Below, piece after piece: positions 26,955-32,000 of a stretch of DNA of 32,000 bases. Below the pieces are notes generated by a model that saw only the letters and a program-made list of their open reading frames with translations, did no database searches and was not told where the DNA came from. This DNA is from Moraxella nasovis (GTDB taxonomy: Bacteria; Pseudomonadota; Gammaproteobacteria; Pseudomonadales; Moraxellaceae), in the NCBI RefSeq assembly GCF_022701215.1, contig NZ_CP089976.1, forward strand, positions 600,001 to 632,000, given 5' to 3'. Position 1 is the first letter of the stretch. Every line of letters begins with the position of its first letter. Made by a program: the position numbers and the translations under genes.

Positions 26955-27260
26955 TTACCAGCTAGCTTTACGAACGCCAGGTACATCACCTTGCATTACA
27001 CGTTCACGCAGTTTATTACGTGACAAACCAAATTTACGGAAGTAACCATGTGGACGACCAGTCAAACCACAGCGATTACGTAGACGAACTGGTGATGAGT
27101 TACGTGGCAATGATTGAAGTGCCAACATTGCATCTAAACGCTCTTCATCGCTTGCATTAACGTCACTGATTACTGCTTTTAGCTTTGCACGCTTTTCGGC
27201 GTACTTAGCAACTGTTTTTTCGCGCTTTAATTCGCGATTAATCATGCTTTTTTTAGCCAT
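26955..27260 (-). CDS. rpsN: 30S ribosomal protein uS14 (long, non-zinc form)
   Basis: [28 protein letters not shown] ... [24 protein letters not shown]....G..PG..KASW, 101 aa. Confidence 0.97.
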   Translation of the reverse strand: MAKKSMINRELKREKTVAKYAEKRAKLKAVISDVNASDEERLDAMLALQSLPRNSSPVRLRNRCGLTGRPHGYFRKFGLSRNKLRERVMQGDVPGVRKASW

Positions 27261-27270
27261 AACGTTTACC

Positions 27271-27807
27271 TTATCTAAATGGGAAGCCGAATGCTTTTAA
27301 CAATGCACGACCTTGATCATCGTTTGCAGCTGTGGTGGTGATAGTGATATCCAAACCACGGATACGATCGATTTTATCAAAATCCACTTCTGGGAAAACG
27401 ATCTGCTCTTTGATGCCGAGCGAATAATTGCCACGACCATCAAATGCTTTTGCTGAAAAACCACGGAAGTCACGAATACGAGGAATCGCAATGGCGATAA
27501 GACGATCTAAAAATTCGTACATCTGTTCGCCACGAAGCGTCACTTTACAACCAATAGGCCATTCTTCACGAATTTTGAAGCCTGCTACAGATTTACGTGC
27601 TTTAGTTACTACTGGTTTTTGACCAGCAATAGCAGTCATATCTGCTAATGCACCTTCAAGTAATTTTTTATCTTGTGCTGCACCGCCAACACCCATATTT
27701 AGAGTGATTTTGGTAATTCTTGGCACTTGCATAACATTTTCCAAGCCAAGCTCATCTTTGATGTTTTGCTTTAGCTGGTCATTGTATAAAGATTTTAATC
27801 TTGCCAT
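27271..27807 (-). CDS. rplE: 50S ribosomal protein uL5
   Basis: [11 protein letters not shown]....[23 protein letters not shown] ... [23 protein letters not shown] is canonical L5, 178 aa. Confidence 0.97.
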   Translation of the reverse strand: MARLKSLYNDQLKQNIKDELGLENVMQVPRITKITLNMGVGGAAQDKKLLEGALADMTAIAGQKPVVTKARKSVAGFKIREEWPIGCKVTLRGEQMYEFLDRLIAIAIPRIRDFRGFSAKAFDGRGNYSLGIKEQIVFPEVDFDKIDRIRGLDITITTTAANDDQGRALLKAFGFPFR

Positions 27808-27827
27808 TACTATATACCCTTAGTATT

Positions 27828-28145
27828 TTATGCAGTCGCCACTACTTCACCATTTGAACGATAGATACGGACTTTTTTACCCGCTTCATTCACTTGGTAA
27901 GCAATACGATCTGCCTTTTGGGTTGCTGCGTTATAAATCGCAACGTTTGAAATGTGTAAAAATGCTTCTTGCTTAACGATGCCACCTTCTTTGCCTAACG
28001 CTTGGTTAGGTTTTTGGTGTTTGGTTACAATGTTAATGCCTTCAACTTTTACACGATCTGCTTTAACCGCCAAAATTGTGCCTTGCTTGCCTTTATCTTT
28101 GCCAGCAATCACAACCACGGTATCGCCTTTGCGTAACTTTGCCAT
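27828..28145 (-). CDS. rplX: 50S ribosomal protein uL24
   Basis: MAKLRKGDTVVVIAGKDKGKQGTI..V......V.VEGINIV.KH.KPN is canonical L24, 105 aa. Confidence 0.97.
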   Translation of the reverse strand: MAKLRKGDTVVVIAGKDKGKQGTILAVKADRVKVEGINIVTKHQKPNQALGKEGGIVKQEAFLHISNVAIYNAATQKADRIAYQVNEAGKKVRIYRSNGEVVATA

Positions 28146-28163
28146 AAGATGCCTCTAAAAAGG

Positions 28164-28532
28164 TTACAGTACTTCTGGTGCTAGAGAAACAATTTTCATA
28201 AATTGTTCACTACGTAGCTCACGAGTAACAGGTCCAAAAATACGAGTTGCAATCGGTGCTTTGTTATTGTTTAAAATAACAGCAGCGTTATCATCAAAAC
28301 GTAGTACCGAACCGTCTGGACGACGCACGCCTTTTTTAGTACGCACAACGACCGCATTCATCACGTCGCCTTTTTTAACACGGCCACGAGGAATAGCTTC
28401 TTTTACGGTTACTTTGATAATATCGCCAACAGAGGCATAACGACGATGAGAACCGCCCAATACCTTAATGCACTGTACACGACGTGCACCGCTGTTGTCT
28501 GCAACTTCCAGCATTGTTTCAGTCTGAATCAT
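28164..28532 (-). CDS. rplN: 50S ribosomal protein uL14
   Basis: Trimmed from the track start 28592 to the ATG at 28532 (SD GGAG 7 nt upstream). [43 protein letters not shown] is canonical L14, 122 aa. Confidence 0.97.
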   Translation of the reverse strand: MIQTETMLEVADNSGARRVQCIKVLGGSHRRYASVGDIIKVTVKEAIPRGRVKKGDVMNAVVVRTKKGVRRPDGSVLRFDDNAAVILNNNKAPIATRIFGPVTRELRSEQFMKIVSLAPEVL

Positions 28533-28573
28533 CGCATTACTCCATAAATAATAATACAATAAAAGTCTAATCA

Positions 28574-28599
28574 CCAAGACTTGAATAATCAAGTCTTGG
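28574..28599 (-). repeat. Perfect 11-bp-stem hairpin in the rplN (spc) leader; sequence-related to the terminator at 19876-19905
   Basis: CCAAGACTTGA-ATAA-TCAAGTCTTGG lies between the putative spc promoter and the rplN SD. No U-run follows it on the transcribed strand. Confidence 0.6.
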
Positions 28600-28617
28600 A
28601 TAATGTGTCAAAAGACC

Positions 28618-28646
28618 ATTATACTAGTAAATGACTTTTAATGCAA
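28618..28646 (-). promoter_or_regulatory. Putative spc operon promoter: TTGCAT-17 nt-TATAAT
   Basis: On the minus strand TTGCAT lies at 28646..28641, then the 17-nt spacer TAAAAGTCATTTACTAG, then TATAAT at 28623..28618. It begins 5 nt after the rpsQ stop, at the position where E. coli also has the spc promoter. Confidence 0.55.
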
Positions 28647-28651
28647 ATAGC

Positions 28652-28924
28652 TTAAATTTTAACCGCAGCTTCAACTACGTCTACTAAAGTCCAAGATTTG
28701 GTTTTAGAAATAGGACGAGTCTCTTTGATGCGAACAATATCACCTTCTTGACAAACGTTGTTCTCATCATGAGCTTTTAGTTTGGTAGAGCGGCGGACTT
28801 GCTTGCCATACATTGGGTGGCGAATTTGGCGTTCAACTAATACAGTAATAGACTTATCCATCTTATTACTGATGACTTTACCAGTTACAACGCCAACTTC
28901 TTGAGTTTGGGTATTCTCGCTCAT
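28652..28924 (-). CDS. rpsQ: 30S ribosomal protein uS17
   Basis: ...[58 protein letters not shown] is canonical S17. Confidence 0.97.
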   Translation of the reverse strand: MSENTQTQEVGVVTGKVISNKMDKSITVLVERQIRHPMYGKQVRRSTKLKAHDENNVCQEGDIVRIKETRPISKTKSWTLVDVVEAAVKI

Positions 28925-29118
28925 GCATCGCCTCTTTGTTTTTCATTGATCAAAGTCAAGATTTTTGCAATCGTACGACGATTTGTCTTAACTTCATGAG
29001 TTTGACCTAGCTGACCAGTTGCTTTCGCCATGCGAATACGAAATGCATCAAGTTGCTTTTCGTCTAGCAATTGTACCAACTCGTCCAATGACTTTTCACG
29101 TAATTCGTTGGTTTTCAT
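28921..29118 (-). CDS. rpmC: 50S ribosomal protein uL29
   Basis: [13 protein letters not shown]...L.......[14 protein letters not shown]......R.IA.I.T is canonical L29. 4-nt overlap with rpsQ. Confidence 0.96.
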   Translation of the reverse strand: MKTNELREKSLDELVQLLDEKQLDAFRIRMAKATGQLGQTHEVKTNRRTIAKILTLINEKQRGDA

Positions 29119-29531
29119 TACATTACCGTCCGTTTAACAATGGTGGTTTTGAATGGTAGCTTAGCTGACGCAAGCGTCAATGCCTCACGTGCAAGCTCTT
29201 CATTAACACCTTGGATTTCATAAAGCATTTTGCCTGGCTTGATTTCAGCGACCCAGTATTCTACAGGACCTTTACCTTTACCCATACGAACTTCTAATGG
29301 TTTTTCAGTAATTGGCTTATCTGGGAATACACGAATCCAAATTTTACCGCCACGCTTAATGCGACGAGTAATGGTACGACGAGCTGCTTCAATTTGACGG
29401 GCAGTCATGCGACCACGACCAACTGATTTTAAGCCAATTTCACCAAATGCAACCGTGTTACCACGTTGAGCTAAACCTGTGTTACGCCCTTTGTGCATTT
29501 TACGAAACTTGGTACGTTTTGGTTGTAACAT
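29118..29531 (-). CDS. rplP: 50S ribosomal protein uL16
   Basis: [31 protein letters not shown]...[13 protein letters not shown] is canonical L16, 137 aa. Confidence 0.97.
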   Translation of the reverse strand: MLQPKRTKFRKMHKGRNTGLAQRGNTVAFGEIGLKSVGRGRMTARQIEAARRTITRRIKRGGKIWIRVFPDKPITEKPLEVRMGKGKGPVEYWVAEIKPGKMLYEIQGVNEELAREALTLASAKLPFKTTIVKRTVM

Positions 29532-29534
29532 AGT

Positions 29535-30257
29535 TTATCCTCTGTCGTTATTGCGGCGATTGCTACGACCACGACGCTTAGGTGCGCGAGTCTTGTCTTC
29601 AACCACAGGGTTATAAACACTGTTCATGCCATCTAGGATTTCACCACGGAAAATCCATACTTTAACACCAATGGTGCCATAAGTGGTTTCTGCACGAACT
29701 TCTGAATAATCAATGTCGGCACGGAGTGTGTGTAGTGGCACACGACCTTCACGATACCATTCAGTACGAGCGATTTCAGCACCGCCTAGACGACCTGATA
29801 GCTCAACTTTGATACCGCCAGCACCAGCACGCATGCTGTTTTGTACTGCACGTTTCATCGCACGGCGGAACATCACACGACGTTCTAACTGATTAGCGAT
29901 GCCTACCGCTACAAGACGTGCATCCAAATCAGGTTGAGTAACTTCTTGGATGTTTACTTGAGCTGGCACGCCCATAAGCTTAGTAAGCTCTTTTTGAAGT
30001 GCTTCGATATCTGCACCTTGCTTACCAATGATTACGCCAGGACGTGCTGAGTGAATGGTAATTTTAGCCGCACCAGTAGGACGCTCAATGTAAATGTGAC
30101 TGACCATTGCTTCTTTTAGCTTGTTGCGTAGATAATCACGCACTTTAAAGTCATTTAACAAATACTCAGAGTATTGCTTTGGGCTTGCATACCAGTTTGC
30201 GTTATGCTTTTTAACAACGCCTAGACGGATACCAATTGGATGTACTTTTTGACCCAT
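29535..30257 (-). CDS. rpsC: 30S ribosomal protein uS3
   Basis: [24 protein letters not shown]....YSEYL..D.KVR ... KH domain ... a basic C-terminal tail. 240 aa, canonical S3. Confidence 0.97.
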   Translation of the reverse strand: MGQKVHPIGIRLGVVKKHNANWYASPKQYSEYLLNDFKVRDYLRNKLKEAMVSHIYIERPTGAAKITIHSARPGVIIGKQGADIEALQKELTKLMGVPAQVNIQEVTQPDLDARLVAVGIANQLERRVMFRRAMKRAVQNSMRAGAGGIKVELSGRLGGAEIARTEWYREGRVPLHTLRADIDYSEVRAETTYGTIGVKVWIFRGEILDGMNSVYNPVVEDKTRAPKRRGRSNRRNNDRG

Positions 30258-30259
30258 GA

Positions 30260-30589
30260 TTATGCTCCTACTTTAACAGTGATGTGACAAGTGCGTTTGC
30301 TGATACGGTCAGCACGACCCTTGGCACGAGGCATAATACGCTTCAAAGTAATACCTTCATCAACGTAAATGGTAGAAACACGCAATGTGTCAATATCCAA
30401 ACCGTTGTTATGTTCAGCGTTAGCAATCGCTGATTGTAGGCATTTCTTAACTAATTTAGCAGCTTTTTTATTGCTAAAAGTTAGGATATCCAAAGCACGC
30501 TCGATTGATTTACCACGAACTTCGTCCGCAACCAATCTTACTTTTTGTGCCGAAATGGCGGCACCACGTAATTTTGCAGTTACTTCCAT
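30260..30589 (-). CDS. rplV: 50S ribosomal protein uL22
   Basis: [57 protein letters not shown] is canonical L22. Confidence 0.97.
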   Translation of the reverse strand: MEVTAKLRGAAISAQKVRLVADEVRGKSIERALDILTFSNKKAAKLVKKCLQSAIANAEHNNGLDIDTLRVSTIYVDEGITLKRIMPRAKGRADRISKRTCHITVKVGA

Positions 30590-30598
30590 GGTAGCACC

Positions 30599-30874
30599 TT
30601 ATCTCTTAGATTTCTTATCAACGCCATGACCACGATATGAGCGGGTCGGAGCGAATTCACCGAGTTTATGGCCAACCATTTGCTCACTTACAATAACAGG
30701 TACGTGTGTACGTCCATTATGGACTGAGATGGTTAGACCTACCATTTGTGGTAGAATCATCGAGCGACGAGACCAAGTTTTGATCGGTTTGCGGCTGTTG
30801 CTTTCAAGAGCACTCTCAACCTTGGCAAACAAATGCGCATCGATAAATGGACCTTTTTTCAATGAACGAGGCAT
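30599..30874 (-). CDS. rpsS: 30S ribosomal protein uS19
   Basis: [18 protein letters not shown]........[44 protein letters not shown] is canonical S19. Confidence 0.97.
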   Translation of the reverse strand: MPRSLKKGPFIDAHLFAKVESALESNSRKPIKTWSRRSMILPQMVGLTISVHNGRTHVPVIVSEQMVGHKLGEFAPTRSYRGHGVDKKSKR

Positions 30875-30886
30875 GAAACTTTTCCT

Positions 30887-31714
30887 TTATTTCTTGGCAC
30901 GACGGCGACGGATGATCATATTGTCAGTACGCTTATTAGAGCGGGTTTTTAGACCCTTAGCTTTCTGACCCCAAGGACTTGTTGGATGTTTACCAAAGTT
31001 ACGTCCTTCACCACCACCGTGTGGGTGATCAATTGGGTTCATAGCCGTACCACGAACGGTAGGACGAACGCCACGCCAGCGATTAGCACCTGCTTTACCA
31101 AGTGATTTTAGGTTATTTTCTGTATTAGAAACTTCACCAATTACCGCACGGCAGTTTGCGTGAATACGGCGAGTTTCGCCTGAACGCAAACGTACGATCA
31201 CATAAGCACCATCACGACCAAGCAATTGAACCGCTGCACCAGCAGAACGGGCAATTTGAGCACCTTTGCCGATTTTTAGTTCAATGTTGTGAATGATAGT
31301 ACCCACTGGGATATTTTTAAGTGGCAAACAGTTACCTGGGCGGATTGGAGAACCTTCACCAGATTGAACCTGATCGCCTACTGCCAATTTTTTAGGGGCA
31401 ATGATATAACGACGCTCACCATCTGCATACTTTAATAATGCGATGTGTGCAGTACGGTTTGGATCGTATTCAATGCGTTCAACAGTTGCAATGATACCGT
31501 CTTTATTGCGTTTAAAGTCAATTAGACGATAATGTTGCTTATGACCACCACCGATATGACGGGTAGTGATGCGACCGTTGTTATTACGGCCACCAGTTTT
31601 AGCTTTTGATTCAACAAGCGGTGCATAAGGACGACCTTTAAAAAGGTGTGGATGCACTACTTTTTCAACAAAGCGGCGACCTGGTGAGGTTGGTTTTGCT
31701 TTTACGATAGGCAT
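30887..31714 (-). CDS. rplB: 50S ribosomal protein uL2
   Basis: [15 protein letters not shown] ... GRNN.GRIT.RH.GGGHKQ.YR.IDFKR ... [13 protein letters not shown] is canonical L2, 275 aa. Confidence 0.98.
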   Translation of the reverse strand: MPIVKAKPTSPGRRFVEKVVHPHLFKGRPYAPLVESKAKTGGRNNNGRITTRHIGGGHKQHYRLIDFKRNKDGIIATVERIEYDPNRTAHIALLKYADGERRYIIAPKKLAVGDQVQSGEGSPIRPGNCLPLKNIPVGTIIHNIELKIGKGAQIARSAGAAVQLLGRDGAYVIVRLRSGETRRIHANCRAVIGEVSNTENNLKSLGKAGANRWRGVRPTVRGTAMNPIDHPHGGGEGRNFGKHPTSPWGQKAKGLKTRSNKRTDNMIIRRRRAKK

Positions 31715-31725
31715 GATTTTAATCC

Positions 31726-32000
31726 TTATTCGTTAGTCGCTGTTTCACTAGTGACTTCTTCACCAGCACCGATTTGTACGTCTGAACCTGCTTTTAAGGT
31801 GACATACGCTTTTTTCACGTCGTTGCGGCGACCAGTAACACGACCAAAACGCTTGGTTTTACCTTTAGTGTTTAGGGTGTTTACTTTAACCACTTCAACG
31901 CCTTCAAACATTAGCTCAACCGCTTGTTTGATTTCACGTTTGGTTGCATTGTTATCAACTTTGAAAACTTGTACACCAAGGCTGTCGCCCAAACGTTGAG
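31726..32000 (-). CDS. rplW: 50S ribosomal protein uL23, 3' part (N-terminus lies beyond the right edge)
   Basis: ...[61 protein letters not shown] is canonical L23. The frame stays open to position 32000, and the track start at 31992 is an internal TTG. Confidence 0.93.
   Translation of the reverse strand, partial: QRLGDSLGVQVFKVDNNATKREIKQAVELMFEGVEVVKVNTLNTKGKTKRFGRVTGRRNDVKKAYVTLKAGSDVQIGAGEEVTSETATNE

Noticed and set aside
1-32000. Window-wide scan for mobile elements, CRISPR arrays, tRNA/rRNA genes, integrases, toxin-antitoxin pairs and defence-system genes
   Set aside because: I saw no tandem spacer-repeat arrays, cloverleaf-compatible intergenic segments, transposase or integrase-like ORFs, or small paired ORFs. 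All large ORFs are accounted for by housekeeping functions or the five hypothetical genes listed.

Overview
AT-rich gammaproteobacterial core-genome window. By gene content and protein sequences it is most likely Moraxellaceae (Moraxella/Psychrobacter/Acinetobacter-like), but that is an inference needing BLAST confirmation. The right 12 kb (19.9-32.0 kb, all minus strand) is the conserved ribosomal-protein supercluster. It holds the 3' part of the S10 operon (rplW partial, rplB, rpsS, rplV, rpsC, rplP, rpmC, rpsQ), the spc operon (rplN, rplX, rplE, rpsN, rpsH, rplF, rplR, rpsE, rpmD, rplO, secY, rpmJ) and the alpha operon (rpsM, rpsK, rpsD, rpoA, rplQ). I located rpmJ and rpmD by hand because they fall below the ORF-track size cutoff. 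The left 20 kb is housekeeping: ampD-murJ, fdxA, ftsH-rlmE / yhbY, lpxC, trhP(yegQ), a GlcD-family FAD oxidoreductase, a TlpA-like thiol-disulfide oxidoreductase, an MHS-type MFS transporter, gmk, rpsP-rimM-trmD and an orphan EnvZ-like histidine kinase. Five poorly characterised ORFs are also present: DUF697-like, DOMON-like?, a secreted papain-fold amidase, DUF721/DciA-like and a 117-aa acidic orphan. I saw no tRNA, rRNA, CRISPR array, IS element, integrase, prophage or recognisable defence or toxin-antitoxin genes, and I cannot honestly point to a new multi-gene system. The observations most worth a second look are small-scale. (1) A 128-bp insert flanked by a 9-bp direct repeat splits the spc operon between rpsH and rplF and carries a terminator-like hairpin plus a near-consensus extended -10 promoter. 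(2) An identical 18-nt promoter core lies upstream of both trhP and rpsP-rimM-trmD. (3) A shared palindromic hairpin motif occurs at two unrelated loci. (4) The DciA-like ORF stops just after an A6 tract, with a 38-codon continuation open in the -1 frame. (5) There are synteny oddities: lpxC sits away from ftsZ, rplS is missing after trmD, and the envZ-like gene has no response regulator next to it. All coordinates of hand-called signals were indexed manually from the printed sequence.
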